Source: Geobacter metallireducens GS-15
GTDB lineage: Bacteria > Desulfobacterota > Desulfuromonadia > Geobacterales > Geobacteraceae
Direction: 5' to 3'
Assembly: GCF_000012925.1 (NCBI RefSeq)
Contig: NC_007517.1
Location: 1,020,001 to 1,052,000, forward strand
DNA length: 32,000 bases
This document shows positions 20,749 through 29,886 of the stretch, piece after piece. Each line of letters begins with the position of its first letter. Within the stretch, counting starts at the first letter, position 1. A program made the position numbers and the translations under genes. Below the pieces are notes generated by a model. That model had not been told where the DNA came from. It searched no databases and saw nothing but the letters and a program-made list of their open reading frames with translations.

Positions 20749-22070
20749 TGCTTGTTCCTCTCCTGTAAAGTCCGCAGATATTCCATCCGTTCCTTGATCG
20801 TCTTTTCGTAGCCATGCCCGCGGGGGGCGTAAAAGGTCTTCCCCCGGAGTTGTTCAGGGAGATACTCCTGGGAGACGTGCCCCCCTTCGTAGTCGTGGGC
20901 ATACTTGTATCCCGCGTGGTATCCCAGATCCTTCATGAGCCGCGTGGGGGCGTTGCGGATGTGGAGGGGAACGGGGAGGGCGCCGCTCTTCCTTACCTCT
21001 GCCAGGGCCGCGTCGATTCCCGCGTAGGAGGCGTTGGACTTGGGTGCGGTGGCGAGATACGTCACCGCCTGGGCCATGATGATCCGTCCTTCGGGCATCC
21101 CCACAAGCTGGAACGCCTGAAGGGCTGCAACCGCCACTTGCAGCGCCCTCGGGTCGGCATTGCCGATATCCTCGGAGGCGAGGATCACCATCCGCCTCAG
21201 GATGAAGAGGGGGTCTTCCCCCGCTTCGATCATCCGCGCCAGCCAGTAGAGGGCGCCGTCGGGGTCGCTGCCCCGCATGGACTTAATGAAGGCGGAGATG
21301 ACGTTGTAGTGCTCCTCACCCCCCTTGTCGTAGAGCAGGGCCTTCTTCTGGGCCGCTTCCCGGGCCGAGTCCAGGTCGATCTCGCCGTTTTTCGCCAGTC
21401 GCGCCGCCGTTTCCAGGGTGTTGAGGGCGATCCGGGCGTCCCCCTGGGCCTGCTCCGCCATGAAAGCGAGGGCCTCGTCGGAAACGGCAAGGCTCCGGTT
21501 GCCAAGCCCCCGTTCCGGGTCGACAAGGGCACGACGCAGGATCGTTGTCACCTCTTCATCGGTCAGGGAGTTGAGGACCAGGACCTTGCAGCGGGAGAGG
21601 AGCGGCGCGATGACCTCGAACGAAGGGTTTTCGGTGGTGGCGCCGATAATGGTGAAGACTCCTTTCTCCACGTAGGGGAGGAAGGCGTCCTGCTGGGATT
21701 TGTTGAACCGGTGGATCTCGTCAACGAAGAGGATGGTGTTGGAACCCCGGTACTTCCGCTCGTTCTCCGCCTCCTTGACGATTTCGCGGATCTCCTTCAC
21801 GCCGGAGAGGATGGCGGAAAAAAAGATGAAGTGGGACTTGGTGGCGTTGGCGATGATGCGGGCCAGGGTCGTTTTCCCCGAACCGGGAGGACCCCAGAAA
21901 ATGAGGGAAGAGAGGGTGTCGGACTCGATGAGCCGACGCAGGAGTTTCCCTTCGCCCAGAAGGTGCTCCTGGCCCACGTAGTCGTCGAGGGTGCGGGGGC
22001 GCATCCGTTCGGCCAGGGGGGCATCCCTGCCGGTTTCGGTTGCGGCGGTGGCGTCGAAAAGATCGGTCAT
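20745..22070 (-). CDS. rarA: Replication-associated recombination protein A (AAA+ ATPase MgsA/RarA)
   Basis: Walker A GPPGSGKTTLAR, Walker B ILFVDEIHRFNK, MgsA C-terminal signature ALYWLARMIEAGEDP. Confidence 0.93.
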   Translation of the reverse strand: MTDLFDATAATETGRDAPLAERMRPRTLDDYVGQEHLLGEGKLLRRLIESDTLSSLIFWGPPGSGKTTLARIIANATKSHFIFFSAILSGVKEIREIVKEAENERKYRGSNTILFVDEIHRFNKSQQDAFLPYVEKGVFTIIGATTENPSFEVIAPLLSRCKVLVLNSLTDEEVTTILRRALVDPERGLGNRSLAVSDEALAFMAEQAQGDARIALNTLETAARLAKNGEIDLDSAREAAQKKALLYDKGGEEHYNVISAFIKSMRGSDPDGALYWLARMIEAGEDPLFILRRMVILASEDIGNADPRALQVAVAALQAFQLVGMPEGRIIMAQAVTYLATAPKSNASYAGIDAALAEVRKSGALPVPLHIRNAPTRLMKDLGYHAGYKYAHDYEGGHVSQEYLPEQLRGKTFYAPRGHGYEKTIKERMEYLRTLQERNKQ

Positions 22071-22084
22071 CGGTCTGATTCTGC

Positions 22085-24601
22085 TCAGTCGGGTATCACG
22101 TCGTGCTGGCGGTACTCCAGGACCGGGTGGACTTCAAAGGGCTCCACGTCCCAGATCTCCCGGGCGTACTCGGCGATGGTCCGGTCGCTGGAAAACTTCC
22201 CCATGCCGGCGCAGTTGAGGATGGCCTTGCGGGCCCACTGTTCCCGGTCCAGGTAGAGGCGGCTGACCTCCTCCTGACAGGCCACGTAGGAGGCGTAATC
22301 GGCCAGGAGCATGTAGTGGTCTCCCTGGTTGAGGAGGGAGTCGACAATGGGGCGGAAGAGGTCGCGGTTGGCGGGGAAGAAGTACCCCTCGGCGATCATG
22401 TCCAAAACCTTTTTCAGCTCGGGGTTGCGGCTGTAGTAATCCCTCGGGTTGTAGCCCCTGCGGCGCAGGTCCTCCACCTCGTCGGCGTTCATGCCGAAGA
22501 TGAAGATGTTGTCGCGCCCCACTTCCTCCATGATCTCGATGTTGGCGCCATCGAGGGTGCCGATGGTGAGCGCCCCGTTCAGGGCGAATTTCATATTGCC
22601 AGTCCCCGACGCCTCGGTTCCGGCGGTGGAGATCTGTTCCGAAAGATCGGCGGCCGGGAAGATTTTCTCAGCCAGGGAAACGCTGTAGTTAGCGAGAAAG
22701 ACCACCTTGAGGCGGTCCCCAACCTGGGAGTCGTTGTTGATTACATCTCCCACGGCATTGATGAGCCTGATAATCAGCTTGGCGATGGCATAGGCCGGGG
22801 CCGCCTTGCCGCTGAAGATTATCGTGCGGGGGACGAAGTCGCCGTCGGGGTTCGCCTTGATACGGTTGTACAGGGTGATGACGTGGAGCACGTTCAGCAG
22901 TTGCCGCTTATATTCGTGGATCCGCTTCACCTGGCAGTCAAACAGGGAGTCGGCGTTCACCTGAATACAGTTGTGCTTCAGGATATACTCGGCAAGCTTG
23001 TCCTTGTTGGTCCGCTTCACCTGCTGCCACTGGGCCATAAAGGCCGGATCGTCGACCAGAGGACGGAGCTGGGTGAGCTTGTAGAGGTCGGTGGTCCAGC
23101 CGTTGCCGATGGTGTCGCCGATGAGGCGCGCCTGGTCCGGGTTGGCGCACTTGAGCCAGCGGCGCTGGGTGATGCCATTGGTCTTGTTGTTGAACCGCTC
23201 CGGGTACATCTCGAAGAAATCCTTGAAGACGTGTTCCTTGATAATCTCCGTGTGGAGTGCCGCCACGCCGTTCACCGAGTGGCTCCCCACCACGGCCAGG
23301 TTCGCCATCCGCACCTTTCGCTCCCAGTGTTCCTCGATGAGGGACATCCGTTCCAGCTTGCCCGTGTCGCCGGGAAAGCGCGTGCGGACCGCAGTCAGGA
23401 AACGATCGTTGATTTCATAGATGATCTGGATGTGGCGGGGGAGGATATGTTCGAAGAACCAGACCGGCCACTTCTCCAAGGCCTCGGGGAGGATGGTGTG
23501 GTTGGTGTAGGCGAAGGTCCTGGTGGTGATATTCCAGGCGGTCTCCCAATCGAGCCGGTGGTGGTCGATGAGGACCCGCATCATCTCGGGGATGCAGAGG
23601 GCCGGATGGGTGTCGTTCAACTGGATGGCAGCCTTTTCGGGGAGACGCCGCAGGTCCTCGTGCTGTTTGTGAAAGCGGTAGATAACGTCGTGAACCGTGG
23701 CGCAGGCCAGGAAGTACTCCTGTTTGAAGCGGAGTTCCTTCCCCTCCGGCACGTTGTCGGCCGGGTAGAGGACCTTGGAGATGTTTTCGGTGAGCATCTT
23801 CTTTTCGACGGCACGGATGTAATTCCCTTCGTTGAAGAAGGAGAGGTCGAATTCCCGGGTCGACTTGGCGGTCCACAGCCGCATGGTGTTGACGGTGTTG
23901 GTGCCGTAGCCGGGGATGGGGGTGTCGTAGGCCATGGCCATGACGTCCTCGGTGTCGATCCAGTCGAAGAGGGTATTGCCTTCGGTGTCCTTGCGCTCCA
24001 CAACCCTGCCGTAGAACTTGACCGGGTGGAGGTGCTCCTGGCGGTCCATCTCCCAAGGGTTTCGATAACGGAGCCAGTTGTCGGGGATTTCCACCTGGGA
24101 ACCGTCAATGATGTTCTGGCGGAAGATGCCGTACTCGTACCGGATGCCGTAGCCGTACCCCGGAACCCCCATGGTGGCCATGGAGTCGAGGAAGCAGGCC
24201 GCAAGCCGCCCCAGCCCTCCGTTGCCGAGCCCCGCGTCCTGCTCCCGTTCGATGAACTCATCGAGGTCATAGCCGAGCGAGTTCATGGCCTCCCGGAACT
24301 CCGCGAGAAGCCCCAGATTCACCAGGCTGTTCTCAAGGGTCTTCCCCATGAGAAACTCCATGGATACGTAGTAAATGCGTTTGGGGTCCTCGTTGTAGTA
24401 GGCCTGCTGGGTGTCGAGCCACCGTTCCACCATCCGGTCGCGGACGGCGTAGGCGAGGGCGTTGAAGATATCGTGGCGGGTAGCGGAGTACTTGTCCTTG
24501 CCCAGGGTGTACTCCAGGTGCTCAAGGAAAGACTTGATGATGAGCATCATGGTGTCGAGTTCAGGGGAGCCGGATTCGCTCGGAAACGCTTCATCAGTCA
24601 T
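22085..24601 (-). CDS. glgP: Glycogen/maltodextrin phosphorylase
   Basis: 838 aa with the PLP-lysine signature EASGTGNMKFALNGALTIGTLDGANIE and the N-terminal GLGNGGLGRLAACFLDS motif. Confidence 0.95.
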   Translation of the reverse strand: MTDEAFPSESGSPELDTMMLIIKSFLEHLEYTLGKDKYSATRHDIFNALAYAVRDRMVERWLDTQQAYYNEDPKRIYYVSMEFLMGKTLENSLVNLGLLAEFREAMNSLGYDLDEFIEREQDAGLGNGGLGRLAACFLDSMATMGVPGYGYGIRYEYGIFRQNIIDGSQVEIPDNWLRYRNPWEMDRQEHLHPVKFYGRVVERKDTEGNTLFDWIDTEDVMAMAYDTPIPGYGTNTVNTMRLWTAKSTREFDLSFFNEGNYIRAVEKKMLTENISKVLYPADNVPEGKELRFKQEYFLACATVHDVIYRFHKQHEDLRRLPEKAAIQLNDTHPALCIPEMMRVLIDHHRLDWETAWNITTRTFAYTNHTILPEALEKWPVWFFEHILPRHIQIIYEINDRFLTAVRTRFPGDTGKLERMSLIEEHWERKVRMANLAVVGSHSVNGVAALHTEIIKEHVFKDFFEMYPERFNNKTNGITQRRWLKCANPDQARLIGDTIGNGWTTDLYKLTQLRPLVDDPAFMAQWQQVKRTNKDKLAEYILKHNCIQVNADSLFDCQVKRIHEYKRQLLNVLHVITLYNRIKANPDGDFVPRTIIFSGKAAPAYAIAKLIIRLINAVGDVINNDSQVGDRLKVVFLANYSVSLAEKIFPAADLSEQISTAGTEASGTGNMKFALNGALTIGTLDGANIEIMEEVGRDNIFIFGMNADEVEDLRRRGYNPRDYYSRNPELKKVLDMIAEGYFFPANRDLFRPIVDSLLNQGDHYMLLADYASYVACQEEVSRLYLDREQWARKAILNCAGMGKFSSDRTIAEYAREIWDVEPFEVHPVLEYRQHDVIPD

Positions 24602-24742
24602 GGGGTCACCTCAGGGGAGGGGGGTGGAAACCGGGTCGTTCGGGAGAAGGCAGTACCCCCAAATGGCGGAATTCCATTGGACATGCCCCCTGATCTATGC
24701 TAGTAAATTCCATACTTATACCACAATAACAGGGTCGGCACG
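24602..24742. promoter_or_regulatory. Divergent promoter region between glgP-rarA-pfkA (- strand) and nadK-recN (+ strand)
   Basis: This 141-bp gap separates two divergently oriented gene strings, so both promoters must lie here. It is AT-richer toward nadK. I could not assign convincing -35/-10 boxes. Confidence 0.4.
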
Positions 24743-25594
24743 ATGAAAAAAATCGCCATCTTCGCCAAGGTTCACGACCCCCGTTGCCAGGGAGTGGCAG
24801 GGGAACTGATCACCTGGCTCGAGCAGCGGAGGATCGTTCCGCTCGTTGAAGCCCATTTTGCCCGCCATCTGGGGCGATCGGGCGTTACCTCCGAAGAGAT
24901 TCCCGACCTCGCTGACATGGCGGTGGTCCTGGGGGGGGACGGCACCCTCATCTCGGCCGCCCGGCTCCTGGGGGGGCGGGAAATCCCCATTCTCGGCGTG
25001 AACCTGGGGAGCCTCGGCTTTCTGACCGAGGTCACCCTGGACGAGCTCTATCCAGCCCTTGAAGCATGCCTCGGCGGCGACTACCGGGTTTCGGAGCGGA
25101 TGATGCTTGCCGCCACCGTGGAGCGGGGCGACGACATCGTCTTCTCCCACCGGGTTCTGAACGACGCGGTGATCAACAAGGGAGCCCTTGCGCGGATCGT
25201 CGACATGGAAAGTCTGGTCAACGGCCACTACCTCACCACCTACAAGGCCGACGGCCTCATCATTTCGACCCCCACCGGCTCCACCGGCTACTGCCTCTCG
25301 GCCAATGGCCCCATCGTCCACCCGGACCTGGAATGCCTCACCATCACCCCCATCTGCCCCCATACCCTCACCAACCGTCCCATCGTCCTGGAGGCCAGCG
25401 CTGAGGTAACCATCAGGCTCATCTCCAAGAATGAGGATGTCTACCTCACCCTCGACGGCCAGGTGGGGATGGAGCTCAAGTGCGGCGACATCATCCGGGT
25501 GCGCCGGGCCGAGCACCGCACGCGCCTCGTTATGTCGCGGAGCAAGGACTATTTCGAGGTTCTCAGGACCAAGCTCAAGTGGGGTGAGCGGTAG
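24743..25594 (+). CDS. nadK: NAD(+) kinase
   Basis: GGDGTL, NDAVI and STPTGSTGYCLSANGPIV motifs; 283 aa. Confidence 0.93.
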   Translation: MKKIAIFAKVHDPRCQGVAGELITWLEQRRIVPLVEAHFARHLGRSGVTSEEIPDLADMAVVLGGDGTLISAARLLGGREIPILGVNLGSLGFLTEVTLDELYPALEACLGGDYRVSERMMLAATVERGDDIVFSHRVLNDAVINKGALARIVDMESLVNGHYLTTYKADGLIISTPTGSTGYCLSANGPIVHPDLECLTITPICPHTLTNRPIVLEASAEVTIRLISKNEDVYLTLDGQVGMELKCGDIIRVRRAEHRTRLVMSRSKDYFEVLRTKLKWGER

Positions 25595-27258
25595 TGCTCA
25601 TCGACCTCTCCATCAGAAACTTCGCCATCATCGATACTCTCCATGTTCCGTTCCAGCCGGGGCTTACGGTCTTTACCGGCGAGACCGGCGCGGGAAAGTC
25701 GATCATCATCGACGCGGTAAACCTCATCATGGGGGGGCGTGCTTCCGCCGACCTGATCCGGACCGGCGCCGAGGAGGCCACCGTGGAGGCGGTCTTTGCG
25801 CTCCCCGAAGGTTCCCCTCTTGGTGCCCGCCTGGCCGATGCGGGGATCGAGTGCGACGGCGAGCTCCTGGTGAAACGGGTCGTGTCCCGCTCGGGACGCA
25901 ACCGGGTCTTCGTGGGGGGCGGCCTCTCCACCCAGGCGATTCTCGCCGACATGGCCCGGGAGCTCGTCAATATCTACGGCCAGCATGAGTCCCAGACCCT
26001 CCTGCGGACCGACAACCACCTGACCCTCCTGGACGGTTTCGGGGGGCTTCTCCCTCTCCGGGAGTCCTATGGCGCCCTCTATGCCGATTACCGCGCTACC
26101 CTTGATCAAATCCGGGCGCTGGAGGAGGGGGAGCGGGAGGCGGCCCGGCGGCTCGATCTCCTGTCGTTCCAGGCAAGCGAGATTCGTGAGGCGGCCCTGC
26201 ACCCCGGCGAGGATGCGGATCTGGAGCGGGAGCGGGGGCTCCTGGCCCACGGCGAAAAGCTCCTCTTCGCCAGCCAGGAGGCCTATGCGGCCCTCTACGG
26301 GGACGATGGTGCCGTGCTCGACCGGCTGGCCGAGGTGAAGGGAAAGGTGGCCGAGATAGCCGGCATTGACGCATCCCTCGGACCGCTCATGGATTCCCTG
26401 GCGGATGCCGCCGCCCAGTTGGAAGATGCCGCCATGACCCTCAGGGATTACTCCTCGCGGGTCGAGGCCGATCCCGCCCGGTTGGAGCGGGTGGAGGAGC
26501 GGCTCGACCTGATCCGGCGGCTCAAGAAGAAATATGCCCCGACCGTGGAGGAGATCGTCGCCTACGGCGAGGAGGCGGCCCGCGAGATGGAACACCTTGA
26601 AAACCGTGAGCGAACCCGCGGTGAGCTGGACGCGGCCCTGGAGAGGCTGCGGAAGGAGCTTGCGGCAAAGGGGGGGGAGCTTTCGGCGAAGCGCCGCGCC
26701 GTGGCGAAGGAGTTGCAAAAGGCCATGGAGCGGGAGATTCACCAGCTTGCCATGAAACACGCCCTTTTCGAGGTCGCCTTCGAGGAGTTTTCCGAGCCGC
26801 GGGCCACGGGGCTTGAGCGGGCCGAGTTTCTCTTTTCCCCCAACCCGGGGGAGGAACCGAAGCCCCTGACGAAGATCGCCTCGGGCGGGGAGCTTTCCCG
26901 GCTCATGCTGGCCCTCAAACAGGTCCATCCGGAGAGCGACGTGCCGACGCTTGTGTTCGATGAGGTGGACACCGGCATCGGCGGCGCCACGTCGGCCCTG
27001 GTGGGGGAAAAGCTCAAGCGGGTCAGCAGGGGGCAGCAGGTCCTCTGCATAACCCATCTTCCCCAGGTGGCGGCCTTTGCCGACCACCACTACCTGGTGG
27101 AGAAGCGGGTGGAGGGGGGGCGGACCGCCACCGCCGTCACCCCGTTGGAAGGGGAGGCCCGGGTGGCGGAGATGGCCCGGATGCTGGGGGGAGTCACCAT
27201 CACCGACCGGACCCTGGAGCATGCCCGCGAGATGATAGCCCACGGGGCCGGGGCGTAG
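25594..27258 (+). CDS. recN: DNA repair protein RecN
   Basis: Walker A GETGAGKS, long coiled-coil middle region, signature SGGELSR, Walker B LVFDEVDTGIGG. The GTG start shares one base with the nadK stop (TAGTG). Confidence 0.93.
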   Translation: MLIDLSIRNFAIIDTLHVPFQPGLTVFTGETGAGKSIIIDAVNLIMGGRASADLIRTGAEEATVEAVFALPEGSPLGARLADAGIECDGELLVKRVVSRSGRNRVFVGGGLSTQAILADMARELVNIYGQHESQTLLRTDNHLTLLDGFGGLLPLRESYGALYADYRATLDQIRALEEGEREAARRLDLLSFQASEIREAALHPGEDADLERERGLLAHGEKLLFASQEAYAALYGDDGAVLDRLAEVKGKVAEIAGIDASLGPLMDSLADAAAQLEDAAMTLRDYSSRVEADPARLERVEERLDLIRRLKKKYAPTVEEIVAYGEEAAREMEHLENRERTRGELDAALERLRKELAAKGGELSAKRRAVAKELQKAMEREIHQLAMKHALFEVAFEEFSEPRATGLERAEFLFSPNPGEEPKPLTKIASGGELSRLMLALKQVHPESDVPTLVFDEVDTGIGGATSALVGEKLKRVSRGQQVLCITHLPQVAAFADHHYLVEKRVEGGRTATAVTPLEGEARVAEMARMLGGVTITDRTLEHAREMIAHGAGA

Positions 27259-27291
27259 AAACGACCCAGCCGTTCACGGAGACGAAACCCG

Positions 27292-27621
27292 ATGCAGACG
27301 ATACCCATAGCCCTTGCCGAGCCGGAAATGGCCCTTGCCCGCGACGTGAGGCGGACCGACAATCCCCAGGCCCCACCCATCTGCGGCCGGGGGACGACCC
27401 TTACGGAATCGCTCATTGAACGGCTCAAGAACCTGGGGATCAAGTCCATAACCGTGGAGGGGCATCCGGTCGTCATCGAGGGGGAGAAGACCCTGGAGGA
27501 CCTTCTGGCGGATCTGGACCACCGGTTCAGCAAGGTGGCGAACGTACCGCTCATGGGTCGGTTGCAGGAAATCTACCGCAAGAACATTATCCGCTCCATG
27601 GGGGGTGAAGGTGGGAAGTAA
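27292..27621 (+). CDS. Small conserved hypothetical protein (109 aa), possibly a stand-alone version of the N-terminal domain found on HD-GYP/HDOD-type signalling proteins
   Basis: The ORF has genome-typical codon bias and overlaps the HDOD gene start by 17 nt. The pattern I.LAEPEMALARDV......I..RGTTLTESLIERLKNLGI resembles such N-terminal domains from memory only. Confidence 0.45.
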   Translation: MQTIPIALAEPEMALARDVRRTDNPQAPPICGRGTTLTESLIERLKNLGIKSITVEGHPVVIEGEKTLEDLLADLDHRFSKVANVPLMGRLQEIYRKNIIRSMGGEGGK

Positions 27622-28465
27622 GCGCGACAAGATCCTCGACATCATCCGGGATACGAACTCGCTCCCGACTCTTCCCGGCGTTGTGTCGCGGCTCCAGGCC
27701 CTGGCTGAAAACCGCAAGTCCAGCATCGAGGAGATGGCCCGCCTGGTATCCTCGGACCAGATATTGTCGGCCCGGGTGCTGAGGCTTGTCAATTCTCCGT
27801 CCTACGGTTTCTACCGGGTTTCCACCATCTCCAACGCCCTCATCCTCCTGGGGGTGAACGTCATCAAGAGTCTCGCCCTCAGCTCTTCCATCTTCGAGAT
27901 TATGGAAAAGACCATCGTCGGGCTGTGGGAGCACTCCCTGGGGGCCGGCGTGGCGGCAAATATCATCGCCAGGCACCTGAAGCTTCCCGAGGTCGAGGAG
28001 ATCTCCACCGCGGCCCTTCTCCATGACATCGGCAAGGTGATTATCAAGGAGAAGTGCGCCGAGGATTATGAGCGGATCTGTAACATGGTGGAGCGTGACG
28101 GCATTCCCATGCTTGAAGCCGAACGGCAGGTGCTCCAGACCAACCACGCCGAGGTCGGGGAGTGGCTGGTGCACAACTGGTATCTTCCCAATAAGCTGAG
28201 CGAGCCGGTTGCCTGCCACCACGACGTGGCCAACGCTCAGCACCACAAGATGAAGACCGCCGTGGTGCATCTGGCCGACGTGCTCGTCAAGGCGAGCGGT
28301 TTCGGCTTCAGCGGTGAAGTCTATGTACCCCGCATCCAGCCCACGGCCTGGGAGTGGCTCGGCATGGCCGAGGACGACCTTGCCGCCATTGTGGAAGAGC
28401 TTGAGGACCGGCTGGTGGAAGTCAAAAACTTCAGCCTGGAGATACAGTCCGCCGATGGGAACTAA
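27605..28465 (+). CDS. HDOD domain protein
   Basis: LPTLPGVVSRLQALAENRKSSIEEMARLVSSDQILSARVLRLVNSPSYGF...LWEHSLGAGVAANIIA...AALLHDIGKVII is the HDOD layout. GTG start at 27605, with an alternative GTG at 27611. Confidence 0.8.
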   Translation: MKVGSKRDKILDIIRDTNSLPTLPGVVSRLQALAENRKSSIEEMARLVSSDQILSARVLRLVNSPSYGFYRVSTISNALILLGVNVIKSLALSSSIFEIMEKTIVGLWEHSLGAGVAANIIARHLKLPEVEEISTAALLHDIGKVIIKEKCAEDYERICNMVERDGIPMLEAERQVLQTNHAEVGEWLVHNWYLPNKLSEPVACHHDVANAQHHKMKTAVVHLADVLVKASGFGFSGEVYVPRIQPTAWEWLGMAEDDLAAIVEELEDRLVEVKNFSLEIQSADGN

Positions 28466-29372
28466 TCTGAGGATCATCGTCGTCACCAGCCCCAGCGGCG
28501 GGGACGGGAGCCTCGAACTGCGCCTCCAGAGCAAGGGGTACCAGGTGGTCACCCTTGATAATCCTCCCAGTGTCATGGGGCTCATCTACTCCGACCCCCC
28601 CGACGTGGTGCTCATAGACCTGGCGACCCCCGACCAGACGCTTCTCGGCATCATCCACAGCCTGAAGGATGATTTCTTCTTCTCCACCATCCCGGTCATA
28701 GGGATGATCCCCGAATGGGCTGCCGAAGGGTTCGACTGGGAGGAATATCCCCTCGACGATTTCGTCACTACCCCACTCAGTTACCGGGATCTCTTCACCC
28801 GGATTGTCCTGTCGCTGCGGCGCCTCAGGCGGGTCTTCGATAACAATCCCCTGACGAGGCTCCCCGGCAACACCTCCATCCAGCGCGCCATCGAGCATGC
28901 GGTGGGAAAGCCCATGGGGGTCTGTTACGTGGACATCAACCACTTCAAACAGTACAATGACGTCTATGGCTTCGCCCACGGCGACGAGGTGATCCGGATG
29001 GTTGCCCGCATCATCGCCAATGCCGTCAAGGAGGCGGGTGAGGGGTTTGCGGGCCACATAGGCGGCGACGATTTCGTCTTCATCGTGCCCCTGGAGCAGG
29101 CCGAGGCCGTGTCGGAGCGGATCATCGCCAACTTCACCGCCGTCGTTTCCGAGCTCTTCAACGAGGAGGAGAAGGCGCGGGGATTCTACGTGGCCCACGA
29201 CCGCAAGGGGAACGAGGAACGGGTGCCCCTCATGGGGGTCGCCATCTCCATTGTTCCCATGGATTCGCCGAAGATCGGCCACTACGCCAAGGTGGCCGAG
29301 GTGGCGGCGGAACTGAAAAAGATGGCCAAGAAATCCCACAGAAGCTGTTATGTTATGGATCGGCGTAAATAG
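28455..29372 (+). CDS. Pseudo-receiver domain fused to a GGDEF-fold nucleotide cyclase-like domain with a GGDDF motif
   Basis: ATG at 28455 overlaps the HDOD stop by 11 nt; the ORF-track start at 28314 lies inside the HDOD gene. Receiver-like fold: IIVVTSPSGG (acidic pair replaced by T-S), DVVLIDL (Asp retained), DDFVTTP (conserved Lys replaced by Thr). GGDEF-fold: NPLTRLPGN..., VDINHFKQYNDVYGFAHGDEVI, HIGGDDFVFIV. No RxxD I-site lies upstream of the motif. Confidence 0.65.
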   Translation: MGTNLRIIVVTSPSGGDGSLELRLQSKGYQVVTLDNPPSVMGLIYSDPPDVVLIDLATPDQTLLGIIHSLKDDFFFSTIPVIGMIPEWAAEGFDWEEYPLDDFVTTPLSYRDLFTRIVLSLRRLRRVFDNNPLTRLPGNTSIQRAIEHAVGKPMGVCYVDINHFKQYNDVYGFAHGDEVIRMVARIIANAVKEAGEGFAGHIGGDDFVFIVPLEQAEAVSERIIANFTAVVSELFNEEEKARGFYVAHDRKGNEERVPLMGVAISIVPMDSPKIGHYAKVAEVAAELKKMAKKSHRSCYVMDRRK

Positions 29373-29421
29373 CCATTTAACGCAGGACCATCCCATCCAC
29401 ACCACAGAAGGAGACCCACCC

Positions 29422-29874
29422 ATGCTCCGCAAGGCCCAGATAGGTGACGTCAAGAACATCCAGAAGCTCCTCACCCACTTCGCCAGTCAGGGGGACATGC
29501 TCTCCCGTTCCCTGTCGGAGCTCTACGAGTCGATCCGTGACTTCTATGTGTGGGAGGAAGGGGGGGAGATCGTCGGCACTGCCGCCCTCCACATCATCTG
29601 GGAGGACCTGGCAGAGATCCGTTCCGTGGCCGTGGCGGAGGAGACGGGGCGGAAGGGGATCGGTACCCAGGTCGTGAACGCCTGCATCGACGAGGCCCGC
29701 CAACTGGGGCTCAAGCGGGTTTTCTGCCTCACCTACAAGCCCAATTTCTTCGGCACGTTCGGGATGCGGATCGTGGACAAGTCGGAGCTTCCCCACAAGG
29801 TGTGGGGCGATTGCATGAAGTGCGTGAAATTCCCCGACTGCGACGAGATCGCAATGATCCTGGACCTCGAATAG
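29422..29874 (+). CDS. GNAT-family N-acetyltransferase (short amino-acid N-acetyltransferase-like)
   Basis: ATG at 29422 follows GAAGGAG with an 8-nt spacer; the ORF-track start at 29350 is an extension. Acetyl-CoA loop VAVAEETGRKGIGTQVV. C-terminal Cys cluster VWGDCMKCVKFPDCDE. Confidence 0.8.
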   Translation: MLRKAQIGDVKNIQKLLTHFASQGDMLSRSLSELYESIRDFYVWEEGGEIVGTAALHIIWEDLAEIRSVAVAEETGRKGIGTQVVNACIDEARQLGLKRVFCLTYKPNFFGTFGMRIVDKSELPHKVWGDCMKCVKFPDCDEIAMILDLE

Positions 29875-29886
29875 TCCTCGACAGGT

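Noticed and set aside
22103-24703. 866-aa ORF on the + strand spanning the entire glgP locus
   Set aside because: It is a mirror-frame ORF of a very GC3-rich gene. The - strand product carries unmistakable glycogen phosphorylase motifs (PLP site EASGTGNMKF). The + strand translation is low-complexity and Gly/Val/Asp/Glu/Pro-rich with no motifs. The same reasoning applies to 20814-22256 (+, antisense to rarA), 25549-27243 (-, antisense to recN), 29983-31608 (-, antisense to pmbA), 17695-18678 (-), 461-1264 (-), 5411-6313 (-) and 31263-32000 (-, antisense to iorA).
234-29421. Longer N-terminal extensions offered by the ORF track for several genes (starts at 234, 6982, 8506, 9597, 17566, 28314, 29350)
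   Set aside because: These use TTG/GTG codons without an SD, or lie inside the preceding gene or a terminator. Downstream starts (264, 7000, 8524, 9621, 17707, 28455, 29422) have better RBS spacing. They also yield canonical signal peptides or domain starts.
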